A stretch of 64,000 bases of DNA from the human T2T-CHM13v2.0 reference genome, Homo sapiens, in assembly GCF_009914755.1 (NCBI RefSeq), contig NC_060928.1; one strand, 5' to 3'. Under the pieces are notes generated by a model. The model did not search any database and was not told where the DNA came from. It was given only the letters and a program-made list of their open reading frames with translations. Shown here piece by piece: positions 30,850-44,389 of this stretch; position 1 is the stretch's first letter, and every line of letters begins with the position of its first letter. The position numbers and the translations under genes are program-made.

Positions 30850-31737
30850 AATACTGGCTGATTATTGGGCTCCTTTTTTGTACCTGGGACTTCACAAACA
30901 AATCTCTAAGCCTTAAAACAACCTTAAAGAGTAGTGTAAGGAACATGACTGTGCTTTGGTCAAGGATGGGCCCAGGTAAACCTCCAGAGTGACTCAGCGA
31001 GTTTAGAGCACAGGCGTATAACTCCTCTTGTTATCACACCCATGTAGCCATAACATGGGAAGGCTCATCATTTGGCACTAAGCCTCTGTTGTCTGTAAAA
31101 GGTATAATTGCCCTGCTGACACTACACAGGCACACTTGTGCCCAGAAAGAGAAAGAACAGTCAGAAAAACTGGAGAGTGGGGAGGCAGGACACAGCACTG
31201 CTCAGCTCATGCCCAGAGAGAGAAAGAGTTAAGCTGCTGACCCTGAAAGCAGGGGAGAGCCGGCTGTTCAGTTGTGTGTGGGAGCTGCTGGACTAAGTAG
31301 CCAAGACAAGGTGAACAGTGTGAGAGAGCTAGTGTGGGTGAGCTGCTCAGAGGAGCCACAGAGCTGGAGCAGACAGCTGAGACAAGGTGGACAGTGTGAG
31401 AGAGCTAGTGTAAGTAAGCTGCTGATGAGAGCTGCTGCTGAATAAACTCATCTTTCACCTGCCTACAGCCCCACTGAGTGTTCATTCAGCTATCTGCTTA
31501 TCCACCCCTCCCCTCGGACCTCAGTATGGGCTGGAACCTGGACCTAGGCGTGACAACTGGTGTAGTCATAGACCCAACAGGTAGATAACATTATATTTAT
31601 TTTACGGATGAGGAAACTGGGGCTGAGGGATGTTGAGTGACTTGTCTTAGGGTACATAGCTTGTGAGTAGCAGGGCCAGGGTCCTAACTCCCAGCTAACT
31701 GGAACCAAGACTGACATTCTTTCTGTTACACCATACT
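30850..31737 (-). mobile_element. MIR SINE split by the LTR18 insertion
   Basis: MIR sequence on both sides of the LTR; core 'attttacggatgaggaaactggggctgag' near 31600. Confidence 0.65.
30935..31579 (+). mobile_element. Solo ERV LTR, LTR18 family (HERV-S/HERVL18)
   Basis: TG...CA ends (tgtaaggaacatg...cccaaca); TSD agtag/ggtag; AP-1 TGACTCA 30990-30996; AATAAA 31441; internal ~45-bp duplication (31302/31379); tRNA-Ser PBS-like tggtgtagtc at 31558. Confidence 0.75.
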
Positions 31738-33584
31738 TTGTTATGCTATTTAAAAAAAGTATTTAGCTATCTGGGAGATGTTCTGATCCAGAGTACCCTA
31801 TTTTTGAATTATGCTGGAGAAATGAGTTGCTACCATTCATCAAATGAGGCAACTTCAAGATTAGGCCCTCCAAGTATGCTTAAGAGACATTTCACCCAAA
31901 CATTGTGGAATACAAGTTCTATGAATTGATTCTGCTCTTTTACAACAGATCAAAATGTGCAGCTGGAGTTATCTCAGTGTTTAAAATTGCATCCTTTGCT
32001 TGCATTTCTAAAATGGAGTCTCCTTCCTGGTTACTTTCTAATGTTAGCTGCTAGGAGGCAATACTTACCTAGCTCATGATGTACTGCCAAGTGCACGTAT
32101 CTCAAAAGTGTAATTAAGCTAAGCATCTGGTGGGCTTACACATGCTGAGGCCATGGTTATGAGGTAAACTTCTTGAAGGCTAATGGTGCAAGTCACTAAC
32201 AACATGCTATGTTATGTATTTAAGGCATTTGGTTACTGTCCAACAGCCATACTCTCCTCAGAACCATTCCTTCTCAGCATCTGCTCCTTAAATACCATCT
32301 GAATTACAATTGTAGCATACTGAGAAAAAGAAGTGTTACTATTCATATTAGAAAGCCAATACAGCTGAGATAAAGCAGATTAGCTTCATTTTACCTCAAG
32401 TTTCAACAAAAACTTCAGATAAGTACTAATTTCAGAATCCAGGTTGTATGTGATAACATAAAGCGTGACAAAGACTAACTAACAATGGCAAATTGGCTTA
32501 ATTTCTTAGCTACTAGCTTGAGCTTGTAGTGCTGGCTGAATGAAAAATCTTGTTTTGACTTGAGTGAATTAAATGTGTAAGTCAACAATGGTGACTAACT
32601 GTATAATCCAAAATTAAGAATTTTTAATTATTTTCTTTACTAAGCTGAGTAAACTCTTAACTTTCAAATCAACAACTCAATATATTATAATGTGTCTAAA
32701 GACTTTTAAAAAAATCACATACAGAAATGAATTAGTATGTTTTTCCCTTCGATAATAGCTGGATTAATTCAACTAATCAGTGAATGGTGTGCCATAAAAT
32801 GATCTGTTGACTTTTAGATTTTACAAAAATTGTACTGTAAGTGCCCATATTTATGTATCTGAAGACTGTTTTTCATAATCTGACCAATATTTTGCTTCAA
32901 ACCTGCAAATGGAGACTTCTTTGTGTCTCCATTTCCTCATCTCTCTTAGTGGAGTGCCCTATTAGAACCCTGTTAAAGGGCTATCCTTTCATTCATTCAT
33001 TTTTTGAGAGCATTTAGTATGTCAAGCAGTGTGCTGGGTGCTGGGAACAGTGGTGAGCCAATCATTGAGTTAAGAGGCCAAGAGATGATGTAAAAACTAA
33101 CCATTCAAGGGTATGTAGGAGTTAACCTAATAGACTGGAGATGAGAGGGCATTCCAATGGAGTAGAGAAGCAGAAGCAAAAGTATGTAGGTGAGAGATAG
33201 CACAGGAAACCCTCTCAGGAGGTTAATGTTAATGGATCTTAAAGTAAAAAGAGGAAGGGAAAAGAGAGGAAGCTGTAGAGTTGGCCAAAGTTGGACTCTA
33301 TTAACCCAATTGAACCCATGTAGGAGGCCACTGAAGAGCTGCAGTCCAGAGAATTGCACATCCAGCTGTGCAACATGCTGTTGTGTGCAGTTTTGAGAAC
33401 TATCAAACTTTACAGTAAGATGCCAGGCAATAGACAACAATGGTCTGACCTAAACTGTTCTTATTCCATCATATTCCATAGAAAATAAATTGCTTTCTAT
33501 AATGTGGGAGGCTATTAGAAGAATCCCACAAAGGCATCACCAATAGCAACAACAGTAATATCAGTGGCAACATCAGTAGCCATC

Positions 33585-33785
33585 AGAATTTATGCAGCAC
33601 TTATTACAGGCCAGGCATTCTGCCAAGCACTTTACATGCTCGAGTGCAACCCTTACTACAACATTGTAAGTGAGGTGCTTTTATTATCCCCATGTTTAGA
33701 GATAGTCACACAACTAAGCAGTGGGTGAGGTAAGACTCAAAGCCAGATCTTCTTTAGAGCTATGGCCTTATTCACTATGCTATGC
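33585..33785 (-). mobile_element. MIR SINE
   Basis: 'aatttatgcagcacttattacaggccaggcattctgccaagcactttacatg...ttattatccccatg'. Confidence 0.65.
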
Positions 33786-35382
33786 AACCAAGCTTATTTA
33801 ATTTGTAACTTTACATTTACACAAAATAATAAAGTAATGGCCTTCAGAATAATAACTGAAAAAAGTCCCTTCTAAAAGAATCGAAGTAAATGCACTTTGT
33901 GGCTGCTTTTGCATTTGGTTCATAAAGACATTTAACTTCCAGTTTATAATCATTTTAATGAATATTCAAACTCCAGGAAGAAGACTGCTGATGCCCAAGT
34001 AGAAGTAGGCCACAGAGCAGCCTCTATTAAACTTATGAGATAGTGGAATATATATATATATGTATAGCTTCAGCACTTCTTGCTTCTTCACCTTTATTCC
34101 TTGTTGAATTTTATCCTTCTGCCTATCTATGATTTAATGCTGTCTCGCTCCTTGAGGGAAGAGTTATTTGAGAAACTGATTTGGAAAGCAATGTTTGCTA
34201 GTGACTTTATAGATCCTCCTCCTAGAGGATATTTTTATATGAAGTGTGGGCTATAGAGAGTACAGAGGAAAAGAGAGAGAAGCTTCCATAATGCCTGGGA
34301 AGGGCTGCTTTGTGGAAGGACTAACTCTAATTTGTAAACAGTCATATGAGATGATGAATTTAAACATTGAAATCATACAGTAAATAGTCCTATTCAACTT
34401 CTGATTATACTTTGACTTGCATTGTGGTTAGATTGCCTGGAGAAAATGCTCTGGGTAAAGGACAAAGTACCCAAATACATGAACAGTTACGGTTCTCAGT
34501 GCTAATCCTTGAAATATTATCTGATTTTATCCATTATAGCTCCATGAACTTTGGTTAATGTGAGTCAGTTCTTGAGATACAAATCCACTTCCAGAATGCC
34601 AACAAATCAAATTTCTAACTCTGAAACTTTGAGAATAGACCTGGAGTCATGTTGAGTCCATCAAGAAAACGCTCTCCTTTAACATTGGCAGTAATTTAGT
34701 TTTTTAGTTTTTTGTTTTTTTCATCATACCCATACCTTGCTACGTGCTCTTTCCCTTTGGAAACTGCAAAAGTTGTTCAGAAAGCAAAATTGTAAGCATC
34801 CCAGAACTTGGAAAAGAGATGGAGTTTTGAGAAAGCAGAAAGCAGAATTTCTCATTACTTCCAGACCATACCATGTAGGAAAATTGAGCCCGTTTTGGAA
34901 ATCTACTAATCATACTTCCGACATTGACTATTTTGTATGTTATTCCAGGAAAAAAATATCAATTCTGACACATGACAATTTCTTATAATTGCATTTAATC
35001 AAAGAGTTTATGTTCAAGCTACCTAGAGTTCTTACTGAATTCCACAGGGCTGACTCTTGGCAAGTTTAGGAGTACCGATAGTCTTACTAAAACCTCACAA
35101 TTTTCCAGGTAGTTCCCTGTCTTACCCAATAAATCTTAGTTTCTCTTCTCAAAAGTTATTAGACTTCCTGGGCAGAGTACCAAGTTGGGCAGATGTTTTG
35201 AAGATGTTCTGATCAATCCAAATTAGGAAATAGGTGTTTGAAGTTCACTATATAAACACAATGATTCTGAAACTTGGCTATGTGATTTGATTGGAACATA
35301 GTAAAGAAATACAAAGCATTTTGCTGCCTCCATATAACCCAACCTTGTTTAAGAGAGGGGGAAAAAGGACAAGTTGGCTTAC

Positions 35383-35573
35383 CTCAGATATGTTGATTTC
35401 CCTATAAATTCTGGCAATGCTTAGGTCTATTTGCTGCTGATAATAACAGATCAAGCAATACTTTCCACAAAAAGGTTTGTTTTGTTTTGTGATGGCAGAC
35501 ATTTTTTTCTTGTTTCTGATGTGGTAATAGCAAACCTTTTAATTTCCTGAGGGTTGTCATAAATATTGCACTT
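35383..35573 (-). other. Candidate 191-nt exon
   Basis: Minus strand: cattttggtctttcag|AAGTGC...TCTGAG|gtaagc; no frame open end to end; ATG at 35502 is open to the donor. Confidence 0.4.
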
Positions 35574-37049
35574 CTGAAAGACCAAAATGGGTCTACACTT
35601 TGTGTTATCAAAGAAATATATTCAATTTACCATCAAATTAGTTAACATTATGGCATATGCTTTTTAGAAATAAAAAATTATTTTCAAAAAACAAAAACTG
35701 GTTTAAAATATATAAAATGTACGTTTTTCTTTTAAATGCATTTTCTCTTAAATATTGACTATATGAGTAAAGCACAAAGTCTTTTGTGCTATTGGCCATT
35801 TGATGGAATTTGATGATTTTTAAGACAACTCGCAATTATCACCACCATTTTATTGATGGAAGTTTCAAATTAAGGGCTGTAATGCTGATAAATGTAGAGC
35901 AGTGTTCAAAAGTCAAGTCCAATATTGTTTTCATCAAACCTTCTTGAATTCGCCTTCATTTTAAGAATAACCATGGAAAAGCAAACTTTCAGTGTAAACA
36001 ATTGTTATTTTTCTGGGAATCCAATTTGATTTTTAATATGTCTAAATCTGAAAAAAATCCTTCAAACTAACTAGGATAATGTTGATAGAATTGAAAGAAT
36101 TTGGGAGTAGTTACCTAAAAGCTATAAACCCACAAATACAAATAAAGAAGAAAACAAAGCTTGCTCAGTAAAATAAGTACAGGGTAAGAAAATAGGGATA
36201 ACTGTGTTAACAATCTTTTTAAAATTTTGAAGTGTTATATTATTGCAATATGACTTCCATGTGGATATCTTGCTTGCTCTTCCCATGACCTCATGAGAGA
36301 AACAAGGCACGTAGTATTTTCACTTTGCAGATGAGAAAAATGAGATGTAGAAAATGTACATAATCTATTGCCTGATAGCAAGTGAATGTCAATAAGGATA
36401 GTATTGATATATTCTATATATATATAATATATTCTATAAGATATATCCTAATATATTCTATAAGACAGATCAATTTGGGCTTCAGTTGAGTTCACTGATG
36501 ACACATGATACACCCATGGAAAAACACACACAATCAAATTGTGCCTTGCTTCAAAATATTCACTCCCAATGTGCAAGCTTACATTACATTTGTATGCATC
36601 GTTGTTCTTCCACTAACAAGCTAGATGATTTGGCTCTAGTTGTGATATATTTTGTAGCTTACTTCTTTATTTATAATGCAAATGAGCATCCTGCCCCATT
36701 AAAGTTTGTACCACTGAGTGAAATTACATGATAAAGCACCTGTCTTTTATCGTGGTACATAGGTACTTCTTTACAAACCAGTTTAGTTGAATCTGAATAT
36801 GTATATACATAATGTATAGCTGTGGATTAGGGAGTCCTAGCTGGTTCCAAAGCAGTGCCAATTCAGATGATCTCTGATGGTCTGTGGTGATTGTCAGTGA
36901 TAGAGAGGTTGCCCAGGAATTGCAACCTACTGAAAACCTTTGAAGGAATGTGTTTTCTGATTTTCTGGTGTCTACTTCAGACACAAGTTCTAGAGATGTC
37001 TCTGGCCCTAAATTTAAACCTGCACAACTATTGGGAAATGTATTCATTT

Positions 37050-37370
37050 ACCCATTCATTTATTTAATATTTATTGAGTAACCAATGTTGTGTAAAATAA
37101 TCTGCTCAGTGCTGGGGCTACACCAATGAATACGACAGATACGTTTTTCCTTTTTTATGAAGTTTTCAATATGTCAGGAAGAAATATAACCACACAATAA
37201 CTATGAAAAAAATGTGATGAATACTATGATAGGGTAAACTAAGGTGGGGTGGTGACATAGGACCACTTAGAGGAGTATCTGACCTACCCTAAAAGGGATG
37301 GTCTCCCTTTGTAAGTGAGCATGTGTAAGCAGAAAACTGAAGGATGAGTTGAGTTTGGCTGCTTTTAAAT
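37050..37370 (-). mobile_element. L2 LINE 3' end
   Basis: 'cattcatttatttaatatttattgag...gtgctgggg' is the antisense L2 terminus. Confidence 0.65.
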
Positions 37371-38599
37371 AAGAGAAGAGAACCAGAACGTCTGGCAATG
37401 ATTTTCTCTTGTACAGTTCCAGCTTCTCCCATGACATTTGAGATATACAAAGTCATATTTGAATGCTTTGTTATGACCGCTGTTACTGGAAATAAATTCA
37501 GGTCAGCAGAAATCACATATGACTACTAGTCTTTTTCCAACTACTGGTAGAAAAAACATCTAAAGTCCTGAATTCCCCCAAAATGTATTCCAGACAGGCC
37601 TTTAAGTTATTTATGTCTCAGGATCATTGTTTCAAAAAATTACAAATGTCTCTTTATAGGAGAATGTATTAATAATTATGAAAACAAGAATGACTGTATA
37701 TCCAATACCTGCTATGTGTCAAGAATGTTTTACATTCATTAGTTCTAATTTTATCAACAACCCAACTAGGTTGACATTTTTATCACCATTTTGTATAAGT
37801 AAAAAATGCAGGAAAAATAGTCTAATTCTCATTTTATCCTCTTAATTGTAAAGTTACACTTTTATAAAATATTAAATGTACAGATGTTTGCTAGTTGAAA
37901 CATTTGACTTTCCCCATTTCACAAAGATGTTTTCATTATTGGTGACTGTAATTTTACAATCATTTTTAGTTTTACGATTATAATGTATATTAACATTCTG
38001 GTATCTATTATTTTTCTCTCACTTCTCCTATGGTTTTATAGTTAGTAATAATAATGTCCTACTAACTGCTTGAAACCAGAGTATTTATAGCTCAGAGAAA
38101 GGTAGCAAAGAACAGGGAAAGATGAAGATGGTACACATTCTTGTTATTAGGAATCATCAGTATAGTTTTTCTGAGTAGGCTGTACAGAAATTTTGAGTAA
38201 TACAATATGGCAATAGTTAAGTCTTTAGAACACTGTACTTAAAAATATGGATACAAAATCATAGGAGATTCTAGCAAAACTCAGGGAAGGAAAAGCATGG
38301 GAGAGTATCGTGTTCCTTCTGAGTCAAAGACCAGGTCTTTGGCCTGGTATCTTTGGTATCGAATTATATTCAATATATTTTTGGTGAATTGAAGAAACTA
38401 CAGAAGTAGGAGAAAGGATCTCTTTGATAAACAATGTCCTTATCACTATTATTTTCATCAATGCAAACATATGGGAATTGTGCCTCTGTGTAGTACTTTG
38501 GAACAATTGTCAAGAGTAGATAATAGTAGTGGAAGTTTAGAGAGTTTAATAAAAGTAGAGAGAAGATTTGAAAAACATTGTAAGTGAAGACAAATATAA

Positions 38600-38915
38600 A
38601 AATAAAACCTAAAAATATATTACTATTTAAAAGGTTGATAATACATTAGGTCACAAATAAAGCATCAGTAAGTTTCATAAAGTATTACGACAACTCTCCA
38701 ATCACAAAACAATACAATTAGAAATTACTGATCAAATTTTTAAAAAGTCCTTTCACCTGTAAATTAAAAATTTAAAAAAATCGTTAACTCTCAGGTGAAA
38801 AGGGAAAAACAAACTAAAATTAGAGGATTAAAAAACAAATGATGATAAAAATACTACATTTTAGGACCAATGACATATATTTAAACAGTAATTAGAGGAA
38901 AGTTCAAAGCACTAA
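38600..38915 (+). mobile_element. Ancient L1M ORF2 (endonuclease-end) fragment, appears to continue at ~43790-44060
   Basis: 'attaggtcacaaa', 'aatcacaaaacaatacaattagaaatt', 'aaacagtaattagaggaaagttcaaagcactaa'. Confidence 0.55.
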
Positions 38916-38922
38916 TGTGCTT

Positions 38923-39359
38923 TGAATGTCCATTGATGACAGATTGGATAAAGAAAATGTGGTACATATACACCATGGAATACTATGCAGCCATAAAAAA
39001 GAACAAGATCCTGTCCTTTGCAGGAACATGGATGGAGTTTGGGGGCCATTATTCTTAGTAAACTAATGCAGGAACAGAAAACCAAATATCACATTTTCTT
39101 ACTTATAAGTGGGAGCTAAATGATGAGAACATGTGGACAAATAGAAGGAAACAACAGACATTGGGACCCACTTGAACGTGGAGGGTGGAAGGGAAAGGAT
39201 CAGAAAAAATACTGTCAGATACTAAGTTTAGTACCTGGGTGATGAAATAATCTGTACAAAAAACCCCCATGACATGAGTTAACCTATATAACAAACTTGT
39301 AAATGTATCCCTGAACCTAAAATAATATTTAAAATAAACCTAAAAAAATAAAATAAAGA
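38923..39359 (+). mobile_element. 5'-truncated L1PA15/16-type 3' end
   Basis: 'ggataaagaaaatgtggtacatatacaccatgg...gatcagaaaaaata...ctgggtgatgaaataatctgtac...cctgaacctaaaata' plus A-rich tail. Confidence 0.82.
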
Positions 39360-39635
39360 ATCTCAGTGACAACAGTTTTCAAGATAAACTCAAGTGCATT
39401 ATTCTATGTTGACATTTTTGTTTCTCTTGGGTCTTAGGGTAATTCTATGCTTAACTTTATAGAAAACTACCAAACTGTTTCCCAAATGACTGTACCATTT
39501 GTATTCCCATTTGCAACGTATGTGAGTTCCACATTCTTGTCATTTCTACATTAGCTACATCTCATAAATTCTGATATGTTGTGTTTTAATTTTATTAAAT
39601 TAAAAACATTTTCCATTTTTGAAAAAGAAAGAAAG

Positions 39636-39925
39636 TGCTATATAAACTGCATGCTCTTTGTAAGCAGTTGCAGTTTTCCTGCCTAGGCTGCCATCACTCG
39701 GCTATGTGGTTTTGTCCAGCACACCACCACTGCAGTGTAGGTAAGGCCAGTATGTTGTCCACCTTGCCATCACTGGACTGTTTGTGAGATGTCTTGTCCA
39801 GCTCACCATCTTGTCCAGCCTACCATCACTGTACCATTTCTCTATGTAAGGCACTTCTCCTGTCCAGCCCACAGCCACTGGACTGTCTCCTCTGTATTTA
39901 AGCCCCTAATAAAACTCCATGTCTT
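39636..39925 (+). mobile_element. ERVL LTR fragment, LTR47-like
   Basis: ctatataaactgc followed by degenerate repeats of tgtccagccc(a/g)ccaccactggac, and AATAAA near 39907. Confidence 0.6.
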
Positions 39926-41311
39926 GATAAAAAATAATGAACTGAATAAAATAACTGTTGTGACATTCAGTGTCAGAAAACAAAGGACACTGGTTTCTGA
40001 GAGATGGGAAACAAATAATATAAGCCCCGTGATTGTCCCAGATTATTGCCTGGACTATGTCTCCAGGATGCAGTGAGGATGGAGGAAACCAGGGAGAGCA
40101 CTGAAGTCTCCTTGAGTTGAGGTGGAACTTTCAGTATCAGAAAGTCAAGGCATCTATGGTCACTGAGAAATATGCTTGAAAAGAGTGAACGTCACAGACA
40201 AAAAGCAGCAGAGATCTAAAGAGGACCCCCCCTCAAGAACTGAGCTGAGTATCAGTGATACGTAAGAATAACTTACCTGGAGCAAGAGAGAATGAATTAT
40301 CTGAAAGAATGAGACAGAATAATTGTTAAAGGCAACACAGGGTCACCAACTAGATTGAAAAATCTCATAGTTCACAGAACATTGCAGTACTCAGAGGGGT
40401 TTTACCTCAGCAATGGAGAAAATTAATCCTAGATTAAATGTTTCTCTAGCCCCACCTAACAAACCTTAAAAGTAAGACCTGAATGGTCTAACTACTCTTA
40501 CTTTTAAGGTAGGATTAATTATAAGTAATTTTACCATGTCCTTTTAAGTTAGGATTGGTTATAAGTAATCTTACCATGTCCAAGAATAAAGCTCTTTTAA
40601 GCTTTATTAAAAGCAATTTTAAACCTACCTTTTAAGGTAGGATTAATTATAATTAATCTTACCATGTCCAAGAATAAAGCTCTCAAGGATATTTAAAGGA
40701 ATAAAAAATTAAGTGCCTAAAAATATAAAATTCACAACTTTTAGAAATTGTTGGGAATACAGAGAAACAGGAAAATGCTACCCATAATAAATTCTTCTGA
40801 ATAAGGAGAAAAATCAACCAAGTGAAACCAACAGAAAATTGGTAAAGATGGTAGAATTAATGGTTCATGATATTAAAAGTTTTTATACCTATATTCCATA
40901 TTCAAAAAATTAGATGAAAGTCTAAATGTGGCAAGTAAAGAATTGGAAGATATTTTTTAAATGACCCAAACTGAAATTCTAGAGATAGAAACTACAATGT
41001 TAGAAGTGAAAAATATACTGGATATAGCTAACAGTAGGGTAAACATTAAAGAAAAATGATTATTCAAGAATTAGCAGTCAAATCTTCAAAAATTAAACAC
41101 AGAAGAGAATAAAGAAAATGTATACAGTATAAGTAAGCTAGGAGATAACTTGAAGCAACCTAATATACATATTATTTGAATCCAGAAAGGAAAGGCAGGA
41201 GACAGAATAAAAGAAGAAATAATGGCTGAAAATTTTCAAATTTGATGGAAATCCAAGAAGCTCAATGAATCCCAAATGTTAGAAACACAAAGAAAGTTAC
41301 ATCAAGGAATT

Positions 41312-41685
41312 TGTATTTGTTTTCTAGTGGTGTCATAACAAAATACTACAGACTGCATGGCTTAAACAAAAGAAATTTATTTTCTCACAATTTTGGAAAG
41401 CTACATGTCTGAGATAAAGCTGGTAGCTGGTTGATTTTGAGGCTTCTCTCTTTGGCTTGTATCCCATGTCTTAACATCATCTTCCCTCTGTAGCTTTGTG
41501 TGTCCTCATTTCCTCATCTTATAAGGGCACCAGTTATGTTAGATCAGGGCCCATCCTAATGACTTCATTTTAATCTAATTACCTCGTTAAGTACTCTATC
41601 TCTAAATACAATCATATTTTTGAGGTGCCAAGGATTAGGACTTCAACATATGAATTTTGGGGGGAACTCAATTCAGCCCATAACT
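41312..41685 (-). mobile_element. MLT1B/MLT1A-type MaLR LTR
   Basis: 'tataagggcaccagt..cagggcccatcctaatgac..taggacttcaacatatgaattttgggggg..aattcagcccataac'. Confidence 0.82.
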
Positions 41686-42168
41686 CACATCAATATCAAA
41701 TTACTTAAAACTAGTGATAAATAGAAAATTTTAAGAGAAATAGGAGAGGGAAGGGAAAATACATTTTATAGAGAGAAACAAGGTTAAGGCAAATTTTGGT
41801 AGGAAATTATGCAAGTTAGAAAACTGTGGAGCAACATCTTTAAAGACCAAAAAGAAAAAAACTGTCAACCTAGAATTCTTTACCCAATAAAATTGTCTTT
41901 CAAGAAAAAAGACAAAATAAAGATTTTGTCAAACCTACGAAATTAAAATACTTCAGCATACCTGCACTATAAAACCTGTCAAAGATGTCACTCAAGCAAA
42001 AAGTAAATTATGCCGGATAGAATCCAAATCTAAATAAAGGAACAAAGAACATCAGAAATGGTAACTACATTGGTAAACAGAAAGACTTTTAAAAATTATT
42101 GAAATATCTGCAACATATAATGTCCTGTTTAAAGCAAAAATAATTTTACCATATATAGAAAATAATCG

Positions 42169-42524
<356 letters not shown>

Positions 42525-42651
42525 TCAAAAGACACTCTTAGTAGAATGAAAAGGCAAGCCACAAGCTAGGAAAAAAAATACTTTCAAAGTATATATCTTT
42601 TAAAAGACTTTTAAAACTCTCAAAACTTAATGATTAGAAAACAAAAAATTC

Positions 42652-42951
42652 GGCCGGGCGCTGTGGCTCACGCCTGTAATCCCAGCACTTTGGGAGGCTG
42701 AGGCAGGCGGATCACGAGGTCAGGAGATCGAGACCATCCTGGCTAACACGGTGAAACCCCGTCTCTACTAAAAATACAAAAAATTAGCCGGGCGAGGTAG
42801 CGGGCGCCTGTAGTCCCAGCTACTTGAGAGGCTGAGGCAGGAGAATGGCGTGAACCCCGGGGGGCAGAGCCTGCAGTGAGCCGAGATCATGCCACTGCAC
42901 TCCAGCCTGGGTGACAGCGAGATTCCGTCTCAAAAACAAAACAAAAAAAAA
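42652..42951 (+). mobile_element. AluYe5-type SINE
   Basis: gggcgaggt, gtgaaccccggggggcagagcctgcag, gacagcgaga; TSD-like aaaacaaaaaattc / aaaacaaaaaaaaatc. Confidence 0.85.
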
Positions 42952-44389
42952 TCAATAATAAAAGTAGAACAGATTTGAACAGACACTTTACCAAAGAAGA
43001 CAGATGGATGGCAATAAACACTTGAAAAGATACTCCACATGACTAGTCATTAGAGAAGTGCAAATTAAAACCACAATGCGATACTACTACATTTCTATTA
43101 AAAAGTCTAAAATAAACAAACCTGACCATACCAACTGTTGGCAAGGATGTGGAAGACCTGGAACTCTCATATACTGCTAATGGGAATGAAAATGGTACCA
43201 TCGCTTAGGTGAACTTTTTGGTAGTTTTTAAAAAGGTTAAACATACACCTACCATATTACCTAGACACTCTATCCCTAGTTACCCAACAGAAATAAAAAT
43301 ATATGCTCATACAATGATTTGTACATAAATGGTTATTGGAGCATTATTTGCAATAGCCCCAAACTGGAAACAATACAAACATACATCAATAGGCTAAAGG
43401 ATAAAAAAGCAGTAAAATACCATGAAGTAAATAATAAATGAACTGCTGATACATGTTACAACATGGATGAAATCACAAAACGATTATGCTGAGTAAATCA
43501 GATAAATGAGTTCACAGATTATTTCAATAATATAAAATTCTAAAAAAAACGCAAACTAATCTATAGTTAAAGAAACTACATCTGTGGTTGTCTCAGGATA
43601 AGGGGCTGTGAAGAGGTGAGAAGAAGATACATTACATAGAGAGAAATGGGAACAAGATAACTCTTAGGGTAATTGATATATTTATTATCTTTATTGTTGT
43701 GACAATTTTATGGGTAGAATTTAAGCTACACAATTTAAATATGTGTGTATTTTATTGTATGTCAATTATACCTGCTAAATTATAAAAATAAAATGAATAA
43801 ATGAATTAAATATCTATACCAAAGAAACCTAGATAAAAAGGGAGGAAGTATAAAATGTAAAAGTAAAGATTAATGAGGTAGACAATAGAAACATAGTCCA
43901 CCTAATTAATAATTCAAAATCATTTTGTTATGAAAAATTTAATCAAATAAACAGTTTCACCAAGAAAAATGGAGACAGGAAGAAAAATTATGCAAGATAA
44001 GAAACAATAAGGGGAATAACAATTAAAACATGAAAATTGTACTTCACAATAAATTCCAGAAAATATTATACTGTCCTTGTTTTGTTTCCTTGGATCCAAC
44101 TCTGTAGCTCTCTAATGTTTCTATTTTGAATATGACAGTTAGAAATGTCACTAAAATATATTCATTACAAATTTGACTATAAATTTGTATTGTATTTGGT
44201 AAAACTTTCAAAATATTTCTGGATTTAATAATAAATTTGGGGTGGGGGAAATAATGTTAAAAGAAAAGTAGAGCTTGAGTTTATACTTAAAATGAATGAA
44301 TGTAGCAGAACGGCATGTGTCAGAAGCAAACTGGGCAATTGGGATTTCTTCCAATTAACTTCCATACAAAATTCAGTGTTTATTAAAGT

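Noticed and set aside
36405-36465. Repeated aatatattctata units
   Set aside because: Ordinary slippage in (TA)-rich low-complexity sequence
39680-39900. Spaced short repeats resembling a CRISPR-like array
   Set aside because: Degenerate internal repeats of an LTR47-like element; irregular spacing, eukaryotic context, no cas genes
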